From assembly GCF_964355755.1 (NCBI RefSeq), contig NC_092676.1:25748871-25812870 (forward strand): a DNA stretch of 64,000 nt. Reading direction: 5' to 3'. The translations under genes were made by a program, and so were the position numbers. A model generated the notes under the pieces. That model ran no database searches. It saw only the letters and a program-made list of their open reading frames with translations, and was not told the DNA's origin. Below, one piece after another: positions 24,498 to 36,600 of this stretch; position 1 is the first letter of the stretch, and each line of letters begins with the position of its first letter. Source of the stretch: Antedon mediterranea (lineage: Eukaryota; Animalia; Echinodermata).

Positions 24498-25415
24498 AAA
24501 ATAGGGGTGTTTTATAGGGGTTTTATAGCGGCATTTATTAATTTAGTGTGCTAATGTGTTATACTGCTGCTTTTGTTTAGTGCATTATGTGCAGTTTATA
24601 CTATACAGTACTATCCTTGCACAAAAAAATCATGATTTTCAGCGCAATTTTACTGCCTAGACCTCCCAACTTAGAAAAATGAAACATCGAGATATTTTAA
24701 GAAATCATATAAAAACTATAGAGGGCGCTAAAATATTTTGGAAAAAAATTCAAACTGTAGAGGGCGGTATCGAAAATAGGTATTGCCTAAAAATCAACGT
24801 TAAAAATCGTGTTTTTTCGATGGATTTGAAGCGGTGAAAAAAAAAATTCTATTTCGTAGCACGAATATCGTCTAGGTATATCGGGCCGGGAGGAAATTGC
24901 ATCGGGAATATTGGGAAAACTCTCGCCATCATCGTTGGCCCAGGAGGAAATTCGGATCCGGAAAGTCATCAATACATTTTTTAACAATAATTATTCAAAA
25001 AATGATTTTGAATTCAAAATTTAATTATTTATGTACAGTACTTGGTTTCAAGTTGCGCAAATTTTGCGCAACAGTTTTTTTCACCTTTGACCCTCTTTAG
25101 AAAAGGGGAAAACCCGCATTTATTTATACTGTACTGTATTTGTACCATCGGACATCTCGAACCTTCTCTGGTGAGTTAGTCTCTCTCAACGTTAATTCCG
25201 GGGAGATTTTGAAAGTAAAAAGCTGGTATATTATATCTAAATCTATATATGTCACGTCTCAATAGAAATTAGATTAAGCCTATATATAGCCTAGCTATAG
25301 TTTAGTTTAGTTTTGATGCCGATGGTGGGTAGTTTAGGCGGTGTGTGCCTTTTTAACCCCATAAGCATTTTGGAATTTTCCGAGCCCAGCGATCGTCTTA
25401 GCGCAGGGCCCGATA

Positions 25416-28400
25416 TAGTCCGGGAGGCGCGTCCGGGAGCCCATGAAGATTTGTTTAGCATTGCGAGTACAAAGGTCTGAGGCATAGAATATGTCAGGTA
25501 GGGTCCAGGGACCGTCAAACGACCTTTCTTAAGTTCACGCCTCTGTACCAACTCAAGGGAGGGGCGCTTAAAATACCCAAACATTTGATTTAATTAGCAT
25601 AATCGAGTACATAAATGGAACCATGTTAAAATGTTTATTTTTATCGTGTATTTGATTCCGTCTATTTAAGTTTATTGAAGATCTATCATTCTTAAGTCAA
25701 CTCATGTACCAAGTCCGCTTAAGAAAGCCACTAATTATCGCTAATTAACATTTTAATTAGCATAATCGAGTATATCAATATATAACCTTCGGCAATACAA
25801 TAAGTATGTTTACCCATGGAGAAATTCCTAACTGATTTCTCCATGGTTTACCCAACCAAGAAAACGTAATTCTTAAGTGCCAAATCCTGTACCACGACCC
25901 CTAAAGAAAGGGTCAAAGGTCTATTTCTGTTGCAAAAAAACTTGATTATGCATGCATACTGTACTTAGTAGCCCTAAACTTTTGAAGAAAATTATAAAAT
26001 ATTTATTTTCAGTTTCTAACACAGATTTATATTCCTTAAATGGAAACTTCTGTCAACTAATTTCACTAAAGAAAGCTGCTAATTAGAATATTAATTAGCA
26101 TGATTGTATGCTATAAACTTCACTCAGGCACAGGATTGGCTATAGCATAAAAAGTTATGCTTTTAAAGGACATAGATAGAGACCATTGCATTTTGAAAAC
26201 GTTTATTAAAATTAGTAGTATTCTGTTAAGATTTAAGTAAACATAAAATTTAAAAAAATTAAATTCCAGTACGTATCAATCCTGGCAAATGAAATGGCAA
26301 TACAGTATGAGAATTATGTCTAAATAGTTTAAAATTATGAATTGTAGTAAAAGTTTAATACTACAAATCACAGCGGCAAACTAATCGGAAGAGAATCTGC
26401 GTTGTCGTTATCATTCATCACATTTTCTCCTGGTCTGGCATCTGGGTTCCTTCATGTCATATCCACTTTCCAGATCCCTACCGTTTGATACATGGGTGTT
26501 TCATCAGCATTTTCACACATTTGTGTAACAAAAACAGTTCGATTCTGCCTCACACAGTGGAATGGAACTGATATTTTTTGTTTTCAGTTTTTCCAATGGA
26601 TTGTTTGATGATGATTTTAATCTGTAAAATTGTTCAAAGATCTTCTATCTACAGTATGTTTGTTTAGGGCAACTTGGTGTTTTACTTCTTGGCTCCTTAC
26701 ATGATAGCAATATTTTATGAATCTTCTGATTATTTTGACTTTGTACTTTTTCTTTAGTTAGCTCCTCAAAAGCTTTTTGAGCCTATTTGTCTTTTTTCAA
26801 CATGTCAAACGCAGATCTGGCCTTTCCTTTACGAAGAAATGAACTGGGATAGTTACACCCGTAAAGGCATGGAATCCTGGTAGCGCGACACACAACTGAT
26901 GTCAAAGTAACTCGTACATTGGTGGTGCTGATCAATCTACGGTTTTTCTTCCAACATCTAACCACACTAATATAGCAGGATGACTGCAATATCAGTACCT
27001 GATGCCCCTTTTCACTCTTTACATCTCTGGTGTAAAATTAATTTTTTGTTACGCTGATGCATACCACTGTATGAAAACATAAAAACTCTTTTGACACCTT
27101 TAATACTAATTATACTGCTGTAATAATGTTATCTCCTTGTCCCACTACTTTACTCCTAACAAACTCTCCCTCAACCCAATCATAACATCTTATTTGGAGT
27201 TATAATAATGATGTGTCCATACTTAAAACATTATTGAAAACCATGAAATACAATCAGTTAAATCTATTAAATGTCATTGGGTTATCATTAATAACAGCCT
27301 CTCATCATGGAAACTCTCTAAGAAAATTAGAACAAAGTGTGTCTTGGCATCCTCCCCGCTAGTATTCTCAAAACCCATTATCCTTAACTCATCCTTCCTT
27401 TTTCGAGCTATCGTAATATTGTCTCGGCCAACCCAACAAGCATCCGTAACCTTTCATTCTGCCCATCCACTGTCTTATACTCAAATGATCACGGACATTA
27501 ATTCTTTTACCAGCAAGGTGTATTTTTTTATTTATTTTTTTAGTATTTATTTATTTTTTTTTTTTTTTGTATTATTTTTTTTTATGTCGTCTTTTTGCTA
27601 CCAATAACACCATTCAATCCTGCCACAAGATCTTCATCTTTTTGGGATTCCGTCTTCGTCCATTAATATTTAAATTATTATTATTAGTGGCTTTCTATGC
27701 GGAATAGGTAGGCCTACAGGTGATGGATCTTTAGTTGCCACCCGGCCTGCTGCAAACTGGAGTGGCGCGACAAAGGCGTGTGGCGTCTGGACGAATATAT
27801 AGGTCTATACTTTTCCCCGCTCTCAGTACAATTATTTGTGACTAGGGAGCCAATTCATTAAACCTTCTGGGACCCACCTGTGACCAATGGTGGTAACGAA
27901 ATTGTATACATTTATTTAGATAAATACAAATTAAGTGGTAAACAAGGTGGGCTACTTTAACAATTATCTGAAAACTTCTGGGTCTATACCATAGAAAAGA
28001 AATTTATTAGTTAAAATGATTTACACATTTTTATCTTGAATTGAGACAACGGCGTTCATTTTAATTTAATTGCAGGCCTAATTAAGAAGGGCAAATGACA
28101 CTCTCAGATCAGGAGGCAAAAGGTTGGGTGGCAAAAGGCCGGGTGCCAAAATGGACTGGGTGGTAATTGGCCGGGTGGAAATAGGCAGGTGTCGAAAGAC
28201 CGGGTGGCGAAAGGCCGGCTATAAGCCGGGTGGCAAAAGGCCAGGTGGCAAAAGGCCAGGTGGCAATGGGCCGGAGCCCAGGTACTCACTATGCTAATTA
28301 AAGTTCAGGTGGGACATACATTGACCTATGACCCTTTCTTAAGGGGTCATGGTACAGGAGTTGGCACTTTACGTTTTCTCGGTTGGGTAAACATACTTAT

Positions 28401-28728
28401 TGTATTGTCGATGTACTCGAACATGCTATTGCTAATTAAAAGGCTAATTAGTGGCTTTCTTAAGCGGACTAGGTAGTTGACACTTAGGAATGATGGATCT
28501 TCAATTAGACTCTAAAAATAAACATTTTAGCAGTGGTTTCATTTATGTACTCGATTATGCTAATTAATTTAAATTTTGGGGTATTTTGAATGCCCTCCCT
28601 AGAGTTGATACAGGGGTGGAAACTTAAGAACGGCCGTTTGATGGTCCTTGGACCCCACTTGACATATTCTATGCCTCAGACCTTTTGTACTCGCAATGCT
28701 AAACAAATCTTTATGGGCTCCCGGATAA
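25416..28728 (-). mobile_element. Degenerate Academ-like DNA transposon with long TIRs and remnants of the XPG-like nuclease domain
   Basis: About 450-bp inverted repeats (tccgggagcccatgaagatttgtttagcattgcgagtac at 25432, inverted ending at 28725) and a TAGTCC left terminus. Minus-strand peptides at 26800-27010: ASGTDIAVILLY and QLCVALPGFHAFTG/CNYPSSFLRKGKARSAFDMLKK. Confidence 0.7.
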
Positions 28729-29890
28729 ATAGTCTTGTGTTCGCGATATGGTAAAATCGATAGTTCCGATAAAATCCGAATCGGTATTCGATATGGAGCG
28801 TCACTGATATGCTTTTGCGGTTATAATTGGTTCTAGTCAATATTTGTTAGGTATATGAATGTTTTTTAGGCCTAACAATGTATATGATGTTTGTTTTTAA
28901 TTTTGCGGTTACAAGAAGTTTGTGAATGTGTGCTCTTTGAAAATCATTGTAAAAAATGTTGTTTCTGAAAAAAAAATTAATTTAAGAAGAAATTAATAGT
29001 TAAAATAATTTATAATGACCCGGCCAATTACCATTTCTTCACCCGGCCTTTTTACACATGGGCTTTTTCCACTTTAGGCCTGTTTTGCCACCCGACCTGT
29101 TGCCACCCGGCCTGTTGCCACCTGATCTGAGAGGAGTCATTGATTTTATTATAAATTGAATAAACATTTGCACTTCTTAATTAAGCTTACAATTAAATGT
29201 CGTCTCAATTCAAGAACAAAATGTTTTTTCGGAAACAATCATTTAGCTAATAAATTGCTTTTCTATAGTATAGAGGTTTGGGGGTTATTTTCCGATAGTT
29301 GTTATTTAGTAAAATCTCATGTAAGCCCACCTTGTTTAATGAAATCAATATAAATTTAGATAAATACCGTCAATACCGTCAAGTGGTAATTTAACTCACC
29401 ATCGTTGGTTATAGACCGGTGGATTCCAGACAGTTTAATGAATTTTCCCCTAGTCACAAGTAATTGTACTGAGGGCTTGGAAAATTATAAACTTATATTA
29501 GCCCAGAGACGCTATGCGCCTTTGTCGCAATCTCGCCAGCTCCCCCTCATAATTTTTCTGTCAAATGAAAAGCAGGTGGAAAGAACCTATGTGGCAACAG
29601 GCCAGGTGGCAAATGGTAGGGTGGCAACAGACCTGGTGGAAACAAGTCGGATGGCAACAGGCATGGTGGCAACAGACCGGGTGGCAACATGCTCGATGGC
29701 AACAGGCAGGGTGGCAAATGGCCGCATGGCAAATGACCCTGCACGCTGCAGAATTAATTGCAGGTTCCTATAGTTAATATAGTATATTATATACTATTTT
29801 ACTCTTTATTTCTAATTTATTAGGTATCCTTCCCTATTCCACAGAAGGTGGATATTGAATAATTTTAATGGATTTATAGATACAGAAAGT
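27650..29890. repeat. Diverged inverted repeat pair (27650-28280 and 29020-29890) with GGGTGGCAAxAGGCC tandem units
   Basis: ctcagtacaattatttgtgactaggg (about 27820-27850) is inverted at about 29445-29475; 15-bp unit arrays at 28110-28270, 29040-29125 and 29570-29735. Confidence 0.75.
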
Positions 29891-30643
29891 TACAAAAAGT
29901 TATAAATAAAAAATGTAATTTATCGATAACAGTAGTTCATTTAATAAAGACGACAAAAGGTCATTTAATAAAACAAACAGTACTGTATTCGTAATATTTA
30001 ACATGTATTCGTTTATACTTATAAAAAGAAGTAACACAAATCTTTTTTTATTCATATAATATGTACCTACAACTACAACAAAATACGGCCCCTCTTAAAA
30101 CTTCTATCCCACAGACGGTCGGAAGTTGGTAGTTGGATGTTGGTAGTTTGCTGCACATTTTGTTTATAAAATCTACAAATATTGTTTCATTTATTTTATG
30201 TCAAAAAATCTTCAATTATGCTGCCTACCGATCAAATCCATGAAATTCAGTTTGTAGGTGTTAAATTAGACTTAAACATATCACATGGAATAGCCATATA
30301 AGCTTTATTAAAAATAGGATAAAAAGAAATCTGTTTAGTTTACGCCATATTGTACCCCGTAATATATTACTTATGCATTATAAATCATTTATTCAATCAA
30401 TTCAAAAAGTCTGGGGTAGTGCGTATAAGTCGCATCTATATCCTATTTTACTTATCCAAAAAATGTGTCTTAGATGTATAACTTTCTCTGATTTTATGGC
30501 TCCATCTTGTCCATTATTAAAGACCTGGGTATTTTAGATGTTTTTTTTTTTTTTACATTACAAAACATTACTTTAAAATACTTGATTCAATCTCTACACT
30601 AAAACTTGACATCTTACAATTTTCTTTATAGGTTTCAGTGAAG

Positions 30644-33600
30644 ATGGTCAATCCTGTTTTCAGCAATGCTCTTGTGTACTTATCAAACAACATTGTAAAA
30701 GAAGAAGAGCTTGACACTTTGAGATTTATTTCATCATCTGTTTTGAAGAATAACTGTTTCAGCAAGACTACAAATGAAATATTTTGTCTTTTGGAAAACC
30801 AGTGCATTCTCCCAGATGAATTTTCTATTATCTGTGACGCACTACAGTCAATGGGAAGATTAGATTTGAAAAATGGTTTCTTAAAACAAATTGGCAAACA
30901 AGAACAAATTGGCAAACAACATTCTCAATTGATTTCCCCTTTTACAAGAATGCTCATCAATGTTCGGAGCACCATTCCCATTTCTAAAGAATGGGACAAT
31001 TTTATTTATTTGTACAGCCATGAAGAGAGAGGAGCTGGAATTAAAGAGCAAAATGTGAAGGGAAGTGTGTATAAAAGTCTGCAGTACCTCTTGGATAAAG
31101 ATATCCTCAGCAATGATAAAGTTAATTTAAAAAAGTTTCAAGAAAATCTGGGAATTTCTGAGTTAATAATGGCCAAGAATTGTCTTGATGCTTATTGTAA
31201 GCTTTTATGTTGTGATTCTTATAATTTCTTCGTTAAAAAAGCTCTGGTTTTCATTGATTGACATAATCACTAAACATTTGTATTGGTAGTTCATAATCTT
31301 ATTTAATCATAAAACTCCTTCTACAAAAAGGATAAGTTATTTTCAAAGAAAGCATACAAATTTTATGTATTGATGTATTGTCCCTTGAAACACAAAAAAA
31401 TGAAGGTCAAAATATACTAATTTTAATTGGCCATATCAAAGTAATATTAAAGTTATTCACTTTAAGTTGAAAATTCGAGCCAAAAACAACAATTTTATGT
31501 AATTAACAGCTAAATTAATTTGATTACATTTCGTCTGGAAAATAGTCACGAGCGAAAGTAAACAAAGATTTCAAACCATAAGTATACATTATGCATGATG
31601 CTAATTAGGATTGTTTACAACTCGTCATGGTTGAGAAGATGTTTTCACACAGATCGCGAGGAAGTTTTATGATTATGCATACAGAGTAGCCAAATAAGCG
31701 CATTGCGTTATAAGATATGTTTTGATCGAAAACTTTGACTGGAAGTCAAAGTTATTTTTTGAACCAAAAAACGTCTGTATTTCAGTTAAATGATTTTTTT
31801 TTTGACTAATTTTTGGTGAAAGTTATTAACTATTATGATACTTCAAAATCACCCACCTTTTTTCGAAATCTTTTTATTTTTATTTTTTTGGAATTTGACA
31901 AAGGGACAATACATCTTTAATATTTGCGTAGAAAATTATCATTTTTTTGAAATTTATTTTCAGTAAAAAAGAATCCAAATCTTCCAGAAAGCCAACATTC
32001 AAGTTTAAGGTAAATAAATAATCCCATATTAGTCGCATTCCCTACAATATGTTGACGTGTTGTAAAAACAATGCACTAAATTATGATAGAAAGAGAGAAA
32101 CAATGCACTACTTAATGCGTTGAATGGGGTCAATCGTTGACTGTCCTCTCATGGGCGGTCTTTATTTTTACATTAAATGTAGTTTGTGACTTTACATTAG
32201 ATCTAAAAAACATAGGGAATAAGACTTTAACTAATTGTATTTTGAAGCAGGATGAACAATGCAGTTTTACTGCTTTTAAAAAACAAATTCATTAAAATAT
32301 AATTTTTTAAATGTAACAATTTAAAATATATGAATATTTATCCAGTAAAACAACTTAGTCTGATATTTCTTGTGATGATAGATTTTTCTAATTGTTTTTC
32401 TCACACATTTTTTTAAACTTCAGCCCTGTTGATGCACAAACTGATGGACAAGTTGGCAACGAAACATCTATGTCTGCAAATGTTAACCCAGGTATTTAAC
32501 ATTTTAATGATTATTATTTATATATCTAACATTAGCAAATTATATGTCATGCAGTTGTTTCTTTGTCTTTTTTCTGTTTAGGGGTTGGTATAAGACACGT
32601 TCTTTTACTTCTATTTCTGATCCCTGAAACAACTCCTATGTATTGTTACCATATAACTTATTGTTCTTTCTTTCTTTCTTTCTTTATTTACCCATAAATA
32701 TAAATTATAAACATTGTAATAATATACAAATAAAAATAATTATATCAAGGGAAGGGCTAAAAAATAGTTAAAACTAATCAAGTTCAGCCCCTAAACATTG
32801 AAGTATAAATAGTTATATAAATAAATTAGGGCTACTTGTCTAAAATAAAATTAATATACATAAACATTTTTTTTTTTTTAAATACACTTTCTCTCAAATA
32901 TATACAATATAATTAATTCTCTTATAAAATAAATAAATATCATTATACAAACAAATAGTATGTTTTCATTTCTTTTTTGAATTTGCTTTTTGTTAGAAAC
33001 CTTAAATCATCCGGGATTTCATTCCAGAGCTTTGCACCAGAATACTTGATGGAATGTTGTCCTATGTTTGTTCTATATTTTGGTACATACAACTTTTCTC
33101 TAGTCTGAGACCTTGATGAATAACGAAAATTAATATACAAAAAATATTTAGGAGTTGTATCTGGAAATTTACCATGTAAACTATCATGAACAAATAAAGT
33201 AATTAAATACTGATGCTGCTGATAAATATTTAAAATTTTAAGTTCTTTGAATAATAATGATGTTGGTGCTAGTCTATCAGAATAAGTCAATGTGCGTATA
33301 ATACGTTTTTGTGTTAAATATACTGGTTTTAAATGAGTTTTATAAGTGTTACCCCAAGCTTCTAATGCAAATGAAATATGAGGCAAAATAAAACAATTAT
33401 ATAAAAGCACCAAAATTGATTGGGGTACAACATATTTAAGTTTGTACAATAAACCAGCCTTAGAACTAATGATTTTATTAACCTTATTAGAATGCACTTT
33501 CCATGTAAGTCTATTATCTATATCTACCCCAATGTAAGTTGTAGCTTCAACTTCATCTAATTTTGATTCCTTTATGTATATATCCCCCTTTACTTCAATT

Positions 33601-36600
33601 ATTGTATGCTGATTACGAAATATAATATAATTTGTCTTTTTAGAATTAATTGTCAACTTATTAACATCACACCAATCTACTATATGTTTCAACTGCTCAT
33701 TTACATTTGTTGGGTCAACAATTTCATGAGGATTAAAAGAACAAAATAAACTAGTATCATCTGCAAATAATCGTGTATCAAAAAAGTCAGAAGAGTTTAC
33801 AATATCATTTACATAAATAAGAAACAATGTAGGTCCTAAGACCGACCCTTGTGGTACTCCACAAGTTATTGAATTCTCATTAGACTCTATTCCATTTACA
33901 CTGATACATTGCTTCCCATTATATAAATAATTTTTAAATAAAGCTAATGGCAACCCTCTTATCCCATATGCACTTAACTTATCCAGTAGTATTTGATGAT
34001 TGACTGTATCGAATGCTTTCTTTAGATCTAAAAATATTCCAACAACTATGTTTCCCTTATCTAATTTCTCAGACAAATTTTGTACTAACTCAATAATAGC
34101 AAGTTTTGTGCTGTACCCTTCTCTAAATCCATACTGTTGATGATATAATAAATCAAATTTACTTAAATAACATAAAAGTTGCTTATTTATAATTTTCTCA
34201 AATACTTTACTAAATTGTGGCAATACAGATATTGGTCTGTAATTCCCTGGATCTGATGGCAGACCCTTTTTAAATAATGGAAATACCTTTGCTTTTTTTA
34301 AGTCATCAGGGAAGATCCCTGTAGATAGTGACAAATTAATTATATACTGTACGTAAAAGGTCTAGATATATAATCTGCTGCATATATAATTAATTTAGGA
34401 TTAATTTGGTCCAAGCCTACAGCTTTATTCTTATCTAAACCCTTTAAGATATCATTTACTTCTTCATCAACAACATAATTGAAAAATAATGAATTCTGGG
34501 GTACAGTTGATAAATATATATTATGATTTACATTTGTGTTATCAATACATTCTTCTGCAAGATTTTTTCCAATTGAAACAAAATAATCGTTAAAACCATT
34601 AATTATTGCTGTTTGATTAGTTTCTATATTAACATTGCCATCACATGATTTAATTTCTAATTTATTAGGTAATTTCATTTTCTTCTTACCTCTTCCTAAA
34701 ATATCATTAATAATTTCCCATATTTTATTTGTATTACCACACTTTTCTTCAAATTGATCTGAGTAATATTTCTGTTTTGCTGTTCTTAAGGTGTTTGTAA
34801 GACAATTTCGATATCGTTTATACTTTGCTAACATATCTACATTGTAATTACTTTTTATTACCTTTGAAAATAACCTATGTTTATGCTTAATTGATTTTTT
34901 TATACTAGAATTAATCCATGGTTTCTTTAGTTTCTTTCTTGGGTTAACAGTTTTTAAAACTAATGGTGCATGTTTATTACAAACTTCTAGAAATAACCTT
35001 TTAAACTCTGTGTAAGCAGAATTTACCTCTTGACTATCAAATACTTCAGACCAATTTACATTCATAAGATCATGTTGGAAGTGTTGGATATTAAACTTGG
35101 AAAATTTTCTAAATTTGATTTGATCAGTCTGTTGGAAGTAGTCATTAAAGTTCTCTAACATACAAAAAGTAGCCAAATGGTCTGATATATCTAATTCTAT
35201 GGTTCCTGAAGTTAAAAATCTAGAATGGATATTTGTATATACATGATCAATTGTTGTTCTTGAACTACTGGTTATTCGTGTATATACATTAATAAGTTGT
35301 ATAAAGTTTAAGCAAGACAAGCTATTTTTTAGACTTAAAGCATCTGCAGCATTTAAATTACTTGCATTAATATTAAAATCCCCAATTAATATGCATTCAG
35401 TACCTTGTTGTTTAATATTTGCAAGTGACAATTCTAGGCTTTCAATAAATTCCTCAACGTTTGTATTTGGTTGCCTATATAAAACTCCAACTATGAGGGA
35501 TTTATTTTGACCAACATCTATTTCTAGCCATAAAGACTCAGAATGATGTACATTATAATCAATAGCCGTATAATTAATTGAATCATGTATGTACGCTCCT
35601 ACTCCACCTCCTCTTTGATTAATACGACATTTAGTTTCCAACGAGTAATTATTCATTTTAAACAAATCCTTGTTTGTAACTTGCCACACTTCCGACAAGG
35701 CTATAATTTTAAATTTACTTTGAACCAATTCCTCATAAAATAATTTAAATTCTTCAAAGTTCTTGTTAAGCGATCTAATATTAATGTGAGATACTGAAAA
35801 CACTGATTGAGATTTATTATCAAAAAAATTACAAAATTCAGATGACGAATATGTCTTACAGCTATTATGTAATTGATAATCTAGATTTTGGTTAGCCATT
35901 AAAACCATATAAATATATATTTAAGTACAGAAAAACTATTAGCATTATTATACAATTTTACCAATATCATCTTCACTATTAATAACAATCAACATTGAAC
36001 CCTGTTGTTTGCGTACATAGATGCGCCCATTGTATGTCCACAAATATTTATAGTTCTTTGTCTTCCTTATATCGTTTATTTTTCCCATAAGACTACGTTT
36101 CTTTTGAGTTAAGTTTTCATTAACATATATGTGGTTTTTACCTGTGTATCCAAGCATATCAGTAGTTGTATTCCTAATCTTTTTCCTGTCATTATATACT
36201 TGATCACGCTTCTTTCTGCTGCAAAATTTGACAATTATTGGTCTGTCTGTTCTATCTCGATTACCAATCCTATGTGACGCCTCGATGTCCTCTTTTTTTA
36301 TACTACTGTCGATTTCCTTTAGAACTTTCAGTGCAATATCTTCAGTATTTTCATTTGCAATTTGTGATATACCTCTTATTTCAATATTCTCTCGTCTGCT
36401 ATACTGATTCTGTTCATCCTGCTCTTTCTCTAATTTCTCCACTCTTCTCGTAAGATCTTCGTTATCTTCTTTCAGTTGTTTATTTTCTTGCTCAATGCTT
36501 TTCATCTTAACACAGTTTTCTTCAATTAGTTTGTTAAAGAATTCCATGGAAGAGACTGGGTATAAACTTGACTTGGTCTTTTATATCAGATAGTTGTTTC

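Noticed and set aside
29405-29777. ORFs with WQQAGW / VATGR repeats resembling a repeat protein
   Set aside because: They derive from the 15-bp GGTGGCAA tandem unit of a DNA repeat.
36530-36560. Programmed frameshift in LINE ORF1
   Set aside because: There is no slippery heptamer at the break; an ordinary inactivating indel is simpler.
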